A stretch of DNA of 64,000 nucleotides from Thermoanaerobaculia bacterium (GCA_963664405.1 OY761158.1:4192001-4256000); one strand, 5' to 3'. Shown: positions 38,656-49,362, numbered from the stretch's first letter. Notes: generated by a model not told the origin, from the sequence alone. Numbers and translations are program-made.

Positions 38656-39027
38656 ATGAGAGAGTTGCAGCAGGTTGAGTTAGGTTATTTGAGATCGGAT
38701 ATCCCAGAGTTCCGTGCGGGTGACACTGTGCGGGTCCATGTCAAGGTCCGAGAAGGAGAGAAAGAGAGGATCCAGCTGTTTCAGGGCGCAGTTCTCGCTC
38801 GCCGCGGCGGGGGTACTCGGGAGTCCTTCACGGTCAGGAAGATGTCGGGGAGTGTGGCGGTAGAGCGTATCTTTCCGCTGCATTCGCCGTCCATCGCCAA
38901 GATAGAGGTTACGAGGCGGGGGAAAGTGCGTCGAGCTAAACTGTACTATCTTCGAGGCTTGCGCGGTAAAGCCGCACGCATCGAGGAGCGCAGGGATGAT
39001 CGTCCGAGCTCTCCGAGCCGGGGATAG
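38656..39027 (+). CDS. rplS: 50S ribosomal protein L19
   Basis: [20 protein letters not shown]. Confidence 0.97.
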   Translation: MRELQQVELGYLRSDIPEFRAGDTVRVHVKVREGEKERIQLFQGAVLARRGGGTRESFTVRKMSGSVAVERIFPLHSPSIAKIEVTRRGKVRRAKLYYLRGLRGKAARIEERRDDRPSSPSRG

Positions 39028-39059
39028 CAAAAAGCCTTGGCTCGAGTGTACGAGCAGCC

Positions 39060-39722
39060 ATGCAGCCGCTTTTTGCCGAAGCCTTTCGACTCCACCTTAT
39101 GCGGGGGCTGGAAGAGGAGCTTTGGCGAGCCGGCTACCAACGAATCGCGGGGGTGGACGAAGTGGGAAGAGGCTGTCTGGCGGGTCCGGTCGTCGCCGCC
39201 GCGGTGGTCGTCGACCCGGATCGCTTGGTTCCTGGAGTGGACGATAGCAAGCGCCTTGGAGCCGAGCACAGAGAAAAGGTGGCTGAGGCGATCAGGAGCA
39301 GCTGCTTAGCATGGGGAGTCGAGAGCGTGCCGGCCCAAGTCATCGATCGCAGCGACATTCTTCAAGCGACGCGGAGAGCGATGCTGGGGGCGCTCGAAAG
39401 ACTGGCTCCGGCTCCCGATTCGGCGGTCATCGATGCGGTTGCTCTAAAGGGGCTGCCATTTCCTTCGCTAGCTCTCGTAAGGGGCGATGCGGTCTCCTAC
39501 TCGGTCGCCTGTGCGTCGATCGTTGCGAAAGTCGAGCGTGATCGAATGATGCGGGAGTGGGACGCCGAGTACCCCCAATACGGATTTGCAAAGCACAAGG
39601 GGTATGGAGCCGAGAGCCATCGAGATGCATTGGCAACCTATGGACCCAGTCCGATTCATCGCCTGACCTTCCGCTCGGTGTTGCCCCGGGCCATTGAAGG
39701 CGCGGCAAGGGAGGTTTGCTGA
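39060..39722 (+). CDS. rnhB: Ribonuclease HII
   Basis: GVDEVGRGCLAGPV, DSKRL, ASIVAKV.RD, HKGY. Confidence 0.95.
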   Translation: MQPLFAEAFRLHLMRGLEEELWRAGYQRIAGVDEVGRGCLAGPVVAAAVVVDPDRLVPGVDDSKRLGAEHREKVAEAIRSSCLAWGVESVPAQVIDRSDILQATRRAMLGALERLAPAPDSAVIDAVALKGLPFPSLALVRGDAVSYSVACASIVAKVERDRMMREWDAEYPQYGFAKHKGYGAESHRDALATYGPSPIHRLTFRSVLPRAIEGAAREVC

Positions 39723-41770
39723 TGTTCGGGTGGTTTCGGCGAGAGCCTTCGGCGAGAACGGCCGAGAAGCTGGTCGCACGGGGCAAGATCGACGCGGCGA
39801 TACGCCAGTACAGGAGATTGCTAGACGACAACCCCGAAGACACGGGAACTCTGAATCGGGTTGGCGACCTCTATTCGCGGGTGAGCAAATTCAGCGAGGC
39901 GACCGAGCTCTATCGGCAGACAGCCGAACGCTTCGTCGACGAAGGCTTTTACGTCAAGGCGATCGCTGTTTACAAGAAGATCCATCGCCTCGATGCGACG
40001 CAGTACGATGTCCACGAGAAGCTCGCCGAGCTTTACACCCTACAGGGCCTGCTTACCGACGCGCGCACACAGTACGAGGAACTGGCGAAGTACCACGAGA
40101 GTCAGGGAGACCTGGACTCCAGCATTGCGGTCTGCCGCAAAGTCGTAGAGCTCGAGCCCCAGGATCCGAGTCATCGCATCCGGCTGGCGGAGCTCTACCA
40201 GAAGAGTGGCGATCTCGAGGCAGTTCTAAAGGAGTACCTTCAGATTGCCTGGGTGATGCTCGAGCACGGACGGTTGGAGCAGGCGGTTCAGGTGTTGGAG
40301 CGTGCCTTGGCGGTCGAGCCTGGCGATATCGACTTCATCGCTGATACCGTCCGCATGCTGCGCCGGAGAGGCCACACCCAGATCGCGGAAGAGCTGGTTT
40401 CCGAAGCGGAGAAGCTGAATAGGGAGCGCGATCGAGACGATCTCGTAGCCGAGATCAGGGCTCGCTATGAGGAGCTCAAAAAAGAGGTGAGCGCGCCTGC
40501 TGAGCCTGTTGGGGACGACTTCCCCGAGGTCGGAGTGCCCTCGATACCGGACGAGGATGCCGCCGTCGGAGGAGAGGAAGAGATCCTCGATTTCGATGAG
40601 ACGGATCTGACGCCGGATGAGGTCAGTGTTCCTCTACGACGGCTAGTCGAGGAGGGCCCTGAGGGGAGCGCCGTCCGCGGCACAACGGACGCAGAGCGAG
40701 CCGCCGCGCACCCAGGGCCGCAGGACCTTCTGGCAGAGGTCGAGGTGTTCATCAAGTACGGCTTTCGCGAAAAGGCTCTCGAACGATTGGGAGAGGTCTT
40801 GCGAATTCTGCCGGACAATACCTCCGCCTATAAGAAGCTGGTCTTTCTCCTTCTGGAGGACGGATCGAATCGCGCGGCCCTGGAGGCGGGCAACAAGATG
40901 GCGGAAGCTGCAGCCACGAGCGGCGACCGAGAGGACTGGGAGGAAGTAAAGACGCGGCTTCTGGAAGTGGGCTTCCTTATTCAGGGAGATGAGGTCAAAG
41001 CTCCTCCGGCGATCGCGAGCGCCGGCGATGAGGAGTTCGAGCTCCTGGAAGAAGATGGCGCCGACTTACACTCGGTGATCGAGGCCGCGGGCAAGGCGTC
41101 ATCTGCGAGAGAAGAAATTTTCGTGTTGGACCCGGACGAGATCGCGGCGTCCGAGGAGTTGGGTGTCGAGATCGATCCTGTCGTCGAGGTGGGGAAGGTT
41201 GCCAGTGAGGAGGCGACCGACTCGGAAGTGGCCGAAGAGCAGGTTGAGTTTGTTGTCGTGGACGACGAGTTCGCCGATCTCGCCGCCGAGGTCGAACGGG
41301 AGATCGAAGAAGCTGCCGGGGCGCCGGTTGGAGAGGGTGGGGACGCTCCCTCTTTGGAGGAGATCGTCGAGAGCTTCAAGCAGGGAGTGGCCGAGAATCT
41401 CTCTGCCGAAGACTTCGACACCCATTACAATCTTGGCATCGCTTACAGAGAGATGGGGCTTATCGACGAGGCCGTAAACGAGTTCGAGATCGCTGCCGAA
41501 AGCCCGGAGTACTTCATTGGTTGCTGCTCATTGTTGGGTCTCTGCATGCGCGAAAAGGGTGACGCCGAAGGCGAGATGGGTTGGTATCGGAAGGGGCTCG
41601 ACAAGAGCGATCTGGTCGAGAGCGAGAGGTTGGCCCTGCTTTACGAGCTCGGCGAGGCCTACGAGAGCTCCGGCAATCTCGACGCCGCTCTAGAGACCTT
41701 CACCGATGTCTCGGGCGCCGACAGCAGCTACCGAGACGTAGAGGCTCGGGTCGCGGCGCTTCAGAGCTAG
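39722..41770 (+). CDS. TPR protein with acidic linker (SgmX-like architecture)
   Basis: N-terminal TPR array, long D/E-rich linker, C-terminal TPRs (THYNLGIAYREMGL, YRDV). Confidence 0.8.
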   Translation: MFGWFRREPSARTAEKLVARGKIDAAIRQYRRLLDDNPEDTGTLNRVGDLYSRVSKFSEATELYRQTAERFVDEGFYVKAIAVYKKIHRLDATQYDVHEKLAELYTLQGLLTDARTQYEELAKYHESQGDLDSSIAVCRKVVELEPQDPSHRIRLAELYQKSGDLEAVLKEYLQIAWVMLEHGRLEQAVQVLERALAVEPGDIDFIADTVRMLRRRGHTQIAEELVSEAEKLNRERDRDDLVAEIRARYEELKKEVSAPAEPVGDDFPEVGVPSIPDEDAAVGGEEEILDFDETDLTPDEVSVPLRRLVEEGPEGSAVRGTTDAERAAAHPGPQDLLAEVEVFIKYGFREKALERLGEVLRILPDNTSAYKKLVFLLLEDGSNRAALEAGNKMAEAAATSGDREDWEEVKTRLLEVGFLIQGDEVKAPPAIASAGDEEFELLEEDGADLHSVIEAAGKASSAREEIFVLDPDEIAASEELGVEIDPVVEVGKVASEEATDSEVAEEQVEFVVVDDEFADLAAEVEREIEEAAGAPVGEGGDAPSLEEIVESFKQGVAENLSAEDFDTHYNLGIAYREMGLIDEAVNEFEIAAESPEYFIGCCSLLGLCMREKGDAEGEMGWYRKGLDKSDLVESERLALLYELGEAYESSGNLDAALETFTDVSGADSSYRDVEARVAALQS

Positions 41771-41899
41771 ACGAGCTCGAGATCGGGGCCTCGCTTCGGC
41801 GTTCGTTGTTGCTGGGGCCGGCCGCATCCGGGGGTCTTGGGCGCCGGGGTGCTTCGCCCTCCCGATAGACCTCGCATCCTTCCCATACAATCGAAGGCA

Positions 41900-42967
41900 G
41901 TGAACACAACGAAGAAGGTGTATTTAGTCGTCGGAGCCGTCTTTGTCGCGCTACTTGTGGCTCTATGGCTTCAGCCTCGGGTCAAAGAGGCCTTGGCGCC
42001 AGTGCCGTTGGCGGCGTTTGCCGCCATCGAAGTCGAGGGAAGCGGTTTGGCGGTTGTGGGTCCGGTAGAGATCCCGGCCGGGACGCCTTTTCGTCTCCGT
42101 GCGGTGCTCGAGGCACAGGAGAGGGACGGCGGGTCGATCTACTACAGCGAGGCTGAGGCTCTCTCGATCGGCGGGACAGCGGTCGCGGCTGAGCAATTGC
42201 GCCGCTGGCACGGCGCCGGAGAAGTCAAGGCTCTGTGGTTCACGGTAGAGGCGAGGTCCGCCTTTCTACAGCTCGACGGGTCGGAGCCTGGAGTGGCGGT
42301 GCGCTTCGAGGAGTTCTTTCATCCTGAGTGGTCGACCCTTTGGACCGTAGATGGCTTCTTGGATAGTCGCAGTTCGGAGCAGGTTACCGGCAGGGACGGG
42401 CAGCACCCCCGCTTCGGCACCCAGCGCTATCAGGTGTGGATCGAGCTCTACTCGGACGACAACCGCCTGGTTCCCAAGGAGCGCTACAAGTCATGGGGGG
42501 CAGGCGATCTCTTGGACCGGGTCACGGAGTTCCCGACGGTGACTGCGCAGCTCCCCGGGGTCGCGGCACCGGCTTCTGCAGCCTTTGGGCTAATCGGGGT
42601 AGGTCTCCCACCGAACCCTTCGGCGGAGCTCTTGGAGCGGATCTCGATTCGCGCGCGGCAGCGACTCCTGTTTACGCAGGTCTCGGTTCTCCGCGGCATC
42701 CTTGGCGTTGCGGGCCAGGACGTGGAAGACGTGGAATGGCGGAATGTCGAGCTTAGCGCCGGGCTGAGCTGGGCCGAGCAGGTGAGTCAGGGCGATCTGG
42801 TAAGGGTTGGGGCTCGTATCGTAGTGCTCCATGAGGATGCCAACGAGAACGGTCTTCTGGATCCCGACGATTTCTGCCTCGACTTCGAGGTAGGGGCAGC
42901 CAAGCGGCGTCTGGCGGATGTATTCCCCGGCGAGGGAGAGGTCGAATGGGCTCATCTGGGGACCTGA
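41900..42967 (+). CDS. Hypothetical membrane-anchored protein
   Basis: N-terminal TM segment. GTG 41900 lies 8 nt after TACAAT. Confidence 0.7.
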   Translation: MNTTKKVYLVVGAVFVALLVALWLQPRVKEALAPVPLAAFAAIEVEGSGLAVVGPVEIPAGTPFRLRAVLEAQERDGGSIYYSEAEALSIGGTAVAAEQLRRWHGAGEVKALWFTVEARSAFLQLDGSEPGVAVRFEEFFHPEWSTLWTVDGFLDSRSSEQVTGRDGQHPRFGTQRYQVWIELYSDDNRLVPKERYKSWGAGDLLDRVTEFPTVTAQLPGVAAPASAAFGLIGVGLPPNPSAELLERISIRARQRLLFTQVSVLRGILGVAGQDVEDVEWRNVELSAGLSWAEQVSQGDLVRVGARIVVLHEDANENGLLDPDDFCLDFEVGAAKRRLADVFPGEGEVEWAHLGT

Positions 42968-42969
42968 GG

Positions 42970-44304
42970 ATGCCCCTCTTCGAGAGTGACGAAGAAGAGA
43001 CGCCTTCGGGGCCGGAGCCCGGTACTCCGTTGGCGGAGCGCATGCGCCCGAGGACGGTGGACGAGCTTGTAGGCCAAAGTGCGGTCGCGGGTCCCGATGG
43101 CTTTCTGCGCCGCGCGCTGCGGGAGGATCGGGTTCCTTCGTTGATCTTCTGGGGCCCCCCGGGATGCGGAAAGACCACTCTGGCTCGCATCATCGCGAGC
43201 GAGAGCGACTCCTTCTTCGTCTCTTTCAGCGCTGTCACTTCCGGCATCAAGGAGATCAAAGAGGTGATGCGAGACGCGGCGCGGCTTCGTCGCTCTCAGC
43301 GCAGGCTCACCCTGGTGTTTATCGACGAGATCCACCGTTTCAACAAGGCGCAGCAGGATGCCTTCCTGCCTTATGTTGAAAGAGGAGAGATTGTGCTTGT
43401 CGGCGCCACCACCGAGAACCCGTCGTTCGAGCTGAACAACGCGCTGCTCTCGCGCTGCAGAGTCGTGGTGCTCGAGGCACTGGGTGTTGACGAGCTCGTT
43501 CTCCTTCTCGAGCGCGCTCTCTCTGACCCGGATCGCGGTCTCGGAAAGATCGAGGTCGAGGTCGAGGACGATGCACTCGCGGCGATCGCACACCTGGTCT
43601 CGGGAGACGCTCGCAGTGCGCTGAATATCCTCGAGCTCTCGGTTGCGGACACACCCACGGGTCGCAGCCTGAGTGCCGCTACCGTTGCGCAGGTTGCGCA
43701 GCGAAAGATCTTGCTCTACGACAAGGCGGGCGAGGAGCACTTCAACCTCATCTCCGCCCTTCACAAGTCGCTCCGCGAGAGCGAGCCCGATGCCTCGCTC
43801 TATTGGCTCGAGCGGATGCTCCAAGGAGGCGAGGACGCCAACTACGTGGCCCGTCGACTGGTCCGCTTCGCGGCAGAAGACGTCGGGCTGGCGGACCCTC
43901 AAGCGTTGTCGCTCAGTCTTGCCGCTTGGGAGACTTATCAGAGACTCGGCTCTCCCGAGGGCGAGATCGCGTTGGCACAGGCCGTCCTTTACCTCGCGCT
44001 GGCGCCGAAGAGCATCGCCGTCTACAGGGCTCAGAAGGCCGCACGCAAGGCGATCGCAGACTATCCGGCCGAGCCGGTTCCGCACGCTATTCGCAACGCG
44101 CCCACCGCTCTGATGAAGGACCTGGGTTACGGCAAGGACTATGTGTACGGACCGGATACCGAGCAGGGGATGGCCGGTCTCGAGTGCCTTCCGGAGTCTG
44201 TGCGTGGGGCCCGCTTCTACCGCCCGGGAGCGGCTGGGCTCGAGAAGGCGCTAGCCGAGCGCATCGAAGAGCTCGACTCGCTGCGGCGGCGCCTCAGGAA
44301 ATGA
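42970..44304 (+). CDS. rarA: Replication-associated recombination protein A (RarA/MgsA)
   Basis: PLAERMRP, WGPPGCGKTT, DEIHRFNKAQQD, ISALHKS. Confidence 0.95.
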   Translation: MPLFESDEEETPSGPEPGTPLAERMRPRTVDELVGQSAVAGPDGFLRRALREDRVPSLIFWGPPGCGKTTLARIIASESDSFFVSFSAVTSGIKEIKEVMRDAARLRRSQRRLTLVFIDEIHRFNKAQQDAFLPYVERGEIVLVGATTENPSFELNNALLSRCRVVVLEALGVDELVLLLERALSDPDRGLGKIEVEVEDDALAAIAHLVSGDARSALNILELSVADTPTGRSLSAATVAQVAQRKILLYDKAGEEHFNLISALHKSLRESEPDASLYWLERMLQGGEDANYVARRLVRFAAEDVGLADPQALSLSLAAWETYQRLGSPEGEIALAQAVLYLALAPKSIAVYRAQKAARKAIADYPAEPVPHAIRNAPTALMKDLGYGKDYVYGPDTEQGMAGLECLPESVRGARFYRPGAAGLEKALAERIEELDSLRRRLRK

Positions 44305-44310
44305 TGGCTA

Positions 44311-46173
44311 TCACTTTCGCAGGTTAGCGACGCTCGCCTTGCCGGAGTCGCTCTGCGAGAGGACTTCCAGGATCTGGCGCTGGCGCAGTAGCTCGGGAAA
44401 CAAATGAGGATCCAGGCCTGGCCGGTAGAGCAGGTAGAAGGGCACGCTGTAGCGGCCGAAGTCGGCGAGGAGGGTAGCGATCTCGTCGTTGCGGTTGGTC
44501 CAATCCGCACGCATCGGGACGACGTCGTGCTTTGCGAAGGCGTCCGCTACCTCCTGGGTCTCCAGCACCAAGCGCTCGTTCACTTTGCAGGTGAAGCACC
44601 AGTCCGCGGTGACGTCGACAAAGACGAGCTTGCCCTGTTCGGCGAGAGCCTCCGCCTCGCTGCGATCGAACTCCGACCAGCCGATGAGGCCGACGTTCTC
44701 CTTGGCGACGCCGGCGCTCACCTGCCCGCCCCAGCCGCTCAGGGCCAGGGTCGCAATGATGGCGGCGACGGAGCCGACACGCGCAACGACCCGCCCCCTC
44801 ACCGAGCTCGAGGTAGCCGTTAGCCAGACGAAGAGAGCGAGCACCAGCAGGCCGACCTCGATGAAGGCGACCCGCTCCGGACGAACCTGTGCGGCCAGGA
44901 CGTAGAGCAGCCAGACCGCTGCCCCAGCGAGAAGGAACCCCATGGTCATCTTCAGCTGCATCATCCACATTCCGGGCTTGGGGAGCCACGAGACGCTGCC
45001 GGGAGCGGCCGCCAAGGCTAGATAGGGGGCCGACATGCCAATGGCGATGGCGGTGAAGACCGCCAGAATCGTCCCTCCGCTCTGGCTGAGGCCGAAGCCG
45101 ACAGCCGTGCCCAGAAAGGGCGCTGAGCATGGCGTTGCCATGAGGGTGGCGAAAAGCCCGGTGGCGAAGTGTCCGAGAACACCGTCGTGGGTTCCGCCGT
45201 CGCCAAATTGCGCCAGGCGCCTGGGCAGTGGAACTTCGAAGATCCCCCATAGATTGAGGCAGAAGAGCACCACCACGATGACCAGGAGAGTGACGAAGGT
45301 CGGATTCTGAAACTGGATACCCCAGCCGACCAGTCCACCGGCAGCCCTAGCCACGATGGCGAGGATGGCGAGAATCCAGAAGGAGACGAGGATTCCGGCT
45401 GAGGTCGCCAAACCACCGATCACCACGCTGCGCCGACCCTTGCCGGCCTTCTGCACGAGTCCGAAGAGCTTGAGAGAAAGAACGGGGAGAACACAGGGCA
45501 TCGCATTGAGGATCACGCCGCCCAGAAGGCCGAGGGCAAGGATGCTGAGCAAACCTGCGGCATCGACCTGCGCGCTGTCGCCGCCTGGACCCTGCGTATC
45601 GTCGCCTACCACGGTAAAAAGGCCGGTGTGCTGGAGCTCGCCCTCCTCACCGATGCTCAGTCGGAGGTTGGCGGTGGCCTCGGTTGGCGGTAGGCAGGTT
45701 CTCTCGTCACAAGCTTGATAGCGGAGACGCGCCTCCACCTCTCCGACGGGGCGATCGAATCCCTTAGGAATCACCACCGATGCGAGGATGTTCGTGGTCC
45801 CCTCGAACACCGCTAGGGGCTCCTCTTCGAACTCGGAGCTCCAGAAGATGTGATCCGGGTACTCGATCTTGGCTTCCGCCCATCCCGAGGGCAGCCGGAG
45901 CTCTAGTTGAGTCGGAATCAAATAGTCGAAGCTGGGGGTGTTGCTCTGGATGTGCCAGCCCGGATCCACCTCGATCGTGGCCGCGATCCTGGCTTCGCCG
46001 CCGGCGAGATAGGCGCTGCGATCGGTGGCGAGTTCGAGCTTTGCCTTCTCGATCGGCGGGCGTTGGGCGGAGGCCTGTTGGCTGGAGCCGACGGAGATCA
46101 GAGCCAGCGCCACGAGGACTGCGCGCAGCCGCCGTCGTTGCGAAGCGCTCTGGTGCCGTTCGTTCAGGCGCAT
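44311..46173 (-). CDS. dsbD: DsbD-family thiol:disulfide interchange protein
   Basis: N-domain QACDERTC, TM motifs MPCVLPV and TPCSAP, thioredoxin WCFTC. Confidence 0.9.
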   Translation of the reverse strand: MRLNERHQSASQRRRLRAVLVALALISVGSSQQASAQRPPIEKAKLELATDRSAYLAGGEARIAATIEVDPGWHIQSNTPSFDYLIPTQLELRLPSGWAEAKIEYPDHIFWSSEFEEEPLAVFEGTTNILASVVIPKGFDRPVGEVEARLRYQACDERTCLPPTEATANLRLSIGEEGELQHTGLFTVVGDDTQGPGGDSAQVDAAGLLSILALGLLGGVILNAMPCVLPVLSLKLFGLVQKAGKGRRSVVIGGLATSAGILVSFWILAILAIVARAAGGLVGWGIQFQNPTFVTLLVIVVVLFCLNLWGIFEVPLPRRLAQFGDGGTHDGVLGHFATGLFATLMATPCSAPFLGTAVGFGLSQSGGTILAVFTAIAIGMSAPYLALAAAPGSVSWLPKPGMWMMQLKMTMGFLLAGAAVWLLYVLAAQVRPERVAFIEVGLLVLALFVWLTATSSSVRGRVVARVGSVAAIIATLALSGWGGQVSAGVAKENVGLIGWSEFDRSEAEALAEQGKLVFVDVTADWCFTCKVNERLVLETQEVADAFAKHDVVPMRADWTNRNDEIATLLADFGRYSVPFYLLYRPGLDPHLFPELLRQRQILEVLSQSDSGKASVANLRK

Positions 46174-47036
46174 TCGCGCTCTTTGCCGATGGACTCGAGA
46201 GCGTCCTCCGCGACCCGGATGAAGATCCCGTCCGGGTGCTCCGAGACGAAGGCCTCCAGGGCACTCTGCGCCTCGAGGCACGCCCTCGCGTCATGTGCGA
46301 TGTGGTAGGAAAGTAGGTCGTTGAGCTCTATGAGCTCGTCGATATGGAGCTCTGATGCCATTCCTCGCACCTGAGCCTGGGCCGATCGCGCGTCTTCGAA
46401 GGCGCCCTGTAGGCGTAGAGAGTCCGCGTAGTAGAAGCGGTTCCAGACATCGTCTTCGCTGCCGCTCTCGACGGTTGAGAGCAGGCGCCGGTAGAGCTCT
46501 GACGCGCGCGCGCCATCTCGTCGCGCATGGAAGTCATCCGCCAGTGTCTTTAGCATGTCTCGGTCGGCGCTTTCTTCGAGATTGTCATAGCTTCGCACCA
46601 GCATCTGAAACATCGCTCTTTCGAGCTCGAGGTTCTGAATATACGGCTCGGTCGGGGCAAAGCCCTGCAGCTCTCCTACCTTGACCAGGTTGGCGTCTAG
46701 AAGAAGCGTCGTCGGTAGGCTGACGATGCCGAAGTCTGCTTGAAGCCGTGCTCCCTCACCCTCATCCTCGGTATTGACCCGCAGTAAGACGAAGTTCTTT
46801 GCGAAGTCTTGGAAGGTGGGAGTGGAGAAAACCTCTTCCTCGAGCTTCTTGCACCAGGAACACCAATCGGCCCAAAGGTCGACGAAGATCAGGCGACCGT
46901 CCTCTCGGGCCGCTGACTGAGCCGCCGAGACACTGGCGAGCCAGCCCGCGTCCTCGGGTGGAGCGGCTGTCGCGACCGCCGTGCACACGACTGTGATCAG
47001 GGCGCCGGCGAGCGTTATTCTTGGCGTTGAGTCCAC
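46164..47036 (-). CDS. Secreted thioredoxin-family protein with C-terminal TPR-like region
   Basis: Signal peptide, WADWCSWCK, cis-Pro LPT. Start at GTG 47036. Confidence 0.85.
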   Translation of the reverse strand: MDSTPRITLAGALITVVCTAVATAAPPEDAGWLASVSAAQSAAREDGRLIFVDLWADWCSWCKKLEEEVFSTPTFQDFAKNFVLLRVNTEDEGEGARLQADFGIVSLPTTLLLDANLVKVGELQGFAPTEPYIQNLELERAMFQMLVRSYDNLEESADRDMLKTLADDFHARRDGARASELYRRLLSTVESGSEDDVWNRFYYADSLRLQGAFEDARSAQAQVRGMASELHIDELIELNDLLSYHIAHDARACLEAQSALEAFVSEHPDGIFIRVAEDALESIGKERECA

Positions 47037-47073
47037 GGTATTTTCCCTTCTGAATGATACCATTCGCCCCCTC

Positions 47074-48243
47074 ATGAAACTGGCCGCAAGGGCGTCTCGC
47101 ATCGGAGAATCAGCCACCATGAAGGTGTCGCGGATGGCCGCTGAGTTGAAGGCTAAGGGCGTCAGAGTCGTTGATTTCGGCGCCGGCGAGCCGGACTTCG
47201 ATTCGCCTTCGGTAGCTGTCGAGAAGGCCCGCCTCTCCCTCGCCGAGGGCTTCACCAAATATACGCCGGCAGCGGGGCTCACGGATCTGCGCCACGCCCT
47301 TCTGGAACGTTATCGGCGGGACTTCGGCACCCCTTGGAGGGAGCTCGAGGAAGTCGTGATCACGGTGGGTGCGAAAGCTGCTCTCTTCGAGCTCGCGCTT
47401 GCGCTCTACGATCATGGCGACGAGGTGATCATTCCTTCACCCTCGTGGGTTACCTTCGCCGAGCAGGTGAGATTCTGTGGGGCATTGCCGGTGCCGGTAG
47501 AGACTTCTGCGGACGACGGTTTCCGTATTCACGCTGACGCTGTGCTCGGAGCTCTATCCGGAGCGACTCGGGCGATCCTGCTCAACTCTCCCTGTAACCC
47601 GACCGGAGGCATGCTCGCCGGCGATGATCTTCGTCGCATCGTGGAAGTCGCTGCCGACCGCGATCTTGTCGTGATCGCCGACGAGACCTACGAGCGCTTT
47701 GTTTACGATCAGTCGAGCTTTCCCAGCTGTGCCGCGCTGGCGGCGGAGTTTCCCAACACTGTGCTCTTGGTCGGCTCGTTCTCCAAGACCTACGCGATGA
47801 CCGGTTGGAGGGTCGGCTACCTGCTCGGGCCACCTGAGGTCCTTGGCTCTGTCGCGGCGATTCAGAGTCACGCGACGTCGAATCCCACTTCCTTCGCAAT
47901 GACCGGGGCGCTCGCAGCACTGAACGGGGCTGAGGATGATGTCGCTGCGATGATCGAGGAGTTCCGCTGCCGTCGGGATCTAGTGGTCGCAGGTCTCAAT
48001 CGGCTCTCCGGAGTGAGTTGCAAACCCCCCAGCGGTGCTTTCTACGCATTCCCTCGCGTGTCTGACTGCTATGCCAACGGTCAGGGCTCTCTGGAGTTTG
48101 CGAGCTTCTTGCTCGACGAGGCAGGCGTGGCGGTCGTCCCAGGTGTTGCCTTCGGCGCTGACGATCACATCCGAATCTCTTTCACCTGCTCCCGCGAGGA
48201 GCTCGATGAAGGCCTGGGTCGCATCGAGCGGGCTCTCGCTTGA
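47074..48243 (+). CDS. PLP-dependent class I (aspartate) aminotransferase
   Basis: GEPDF, NSPCNPTG, DETY, SFSKTYAMTGWRVG. Start at ATG 47074. Confidence 0.93.
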   Translation: MKLAARASRIGESATMKVSRMAAELKAKGVRVVDFGAGEPDFDSPSVAVEKARLSLAEGFTKYTPAAGLTDLRHALLERYRRDFGTPWRELEEVVITVGAKAALFELALALYDHGDEVIIPSPSWVTFAEQVRFCGALPVPVETSADDGFRIHADAVLGALSGATRAILLNSPCNPTGGMLAGDDLRRIVEVAADRDLVVIADETYERFVYDQSSFPSCAALAAEFPNTVLLVGSFSKTYAMTGWRVGYLLGPPEVLGSVAAIQSHATSNPTSFAMTGALAALNGAEDDVAAMIEEFRCRRDLVVAGLNRLSGVSCKPPSGAFYAFPRVSDCYANGQGSLEFASFLLDEAGVAVVPGVAFGADDHIRISFTCSREELDEGLGRIERALA

Positions 48244-48258
48244 GAGGCTGAGCCCGTC

Positions 48259-49362
48259 GTGCAGCGCCGACCGTTTCTCTCCGCCTCCGTGAGCCTGGGA
48301 AGCGTTCTCGGCATTCCGATTCGTCTCCACCTCACTTTTCTTCTGCTGATCGCCTGGCTGGTGTGGCAGGCCGCCAGCCGCGGCGGTGACGGTGCCGTCG
48401 GCCTGGTCCTTGTCCTTCTTCTTTTCTCCTTTGTCGTTCTCCACGAGCTTGGGCATGCGTTGATGGCGCGCGTTTGCAGGGTCCGCACTCGAGAGATCGT
48501 CATCCTGCCTATCGGAGGGCTTGCAAGGCTGGAGAGAATGCCGAGCGGCGCGGTCGAGCTCGCGATCGCGTTGTCCGGCCCCGCCGTCAACTTGGGCCTC
48601 GGCTTGCTCTTTGGCTCACTCGGCCTTCTACTCTTCGACGTCCCCGCGGATTGGAGCCTCGGCGGGGGCCTCCGCCCTGCAGTGGTGGTGTGGAGTGCGG
48701 CGGTGACCAACTTTGCCCTGATGGCCTTCAACCTCCTGCCGGCTTTCCCGATGGACGGCGGTCGCGTTCTGCGCGCCCTTCTGAGTTTCTTCATGCCCCT
48801 GGAGAGGGCGACTCGGCTGGCGGCGAGGGTAGGTCAGGCCGTGGCAATCGTTTTCGTGGTCCTTGGTTTTGCCGCCACCAACCCCGCTCTTGCTCTGGTG
48901 GGCATGTTGGTTTTCGTCGGAGCGGCAAATGAAGGACTTTTTCAGGCGAGCCGTACCCGCCTCACCGGGCGTGTCGCTGAGGACGCGATGATTACTCGTT
49001 TCGACACGGTGGCGCCGCAAGACTCCTTGGCCGACGCAGCTCGCCTATTGCTCGCCTCTGACCAGGAGGTCTTTCCAGTTGTCGATGCTTGGGGCAGGCT
49101 CGCCGGCGTCTTGTCGCGCGACGGACTTTTCGCCGGCATCACGAAACGGGGCGCAGAGACCGCGATACTCGAGGTGATGGAGAGAGAGTTCCCAGTGGCC
49201 AACAAGAGCTTGCCGTTGGACGAGCTGGTGGACAAGCTCGAGAATGCACAGCAGCTGCCGGTCTTTGTGATCGAGGACTCCAGATTGGTGGGATTCGTCA
49301 CCAGCGAGAACATGGCCGAGCTGGTCGAGATCTCGAGATTGCTCGACGTCCCCGACGAGTGA
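48259..49362 (+). CDS. Site-2 (M50) protease with CBS domains
   Basis: HELGH, GPAVN, FNLLPAFPMDGG; tandem CBS domains at the C-terminus. Confidence 0.93.
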   Translation: MQRRPFLSASVSLGSVLGIPIRLHLTFLLLIAWLVWQAASRGGDGAVGLVLVLLLFSFVVLHELGHALMARVCRVRTREIVILPIGGLARLERMPSGAVELAIALSGPAVNLGLGLLFGSLGLLLFDVPADWSLGGGLRPAVVVWSAAVTNFALMAFNLLPAFPMDGGRVLRALLSFFMPLERATRLAARVGQAVAIVFVVLGFAATNPALALVGMLVFVGAANEGLFQASRTRLTGRVAEDAMITRFDTVAPQDSLADAARLLLASDQEVFPVVDAWGRLAGVLSRDGLFAGITKRGAETAILEVMEREFPVANKSLPLDELVDKLENAQQLPVFVIEDSRLVGFVTSENMAELVEISRLLDVPDE

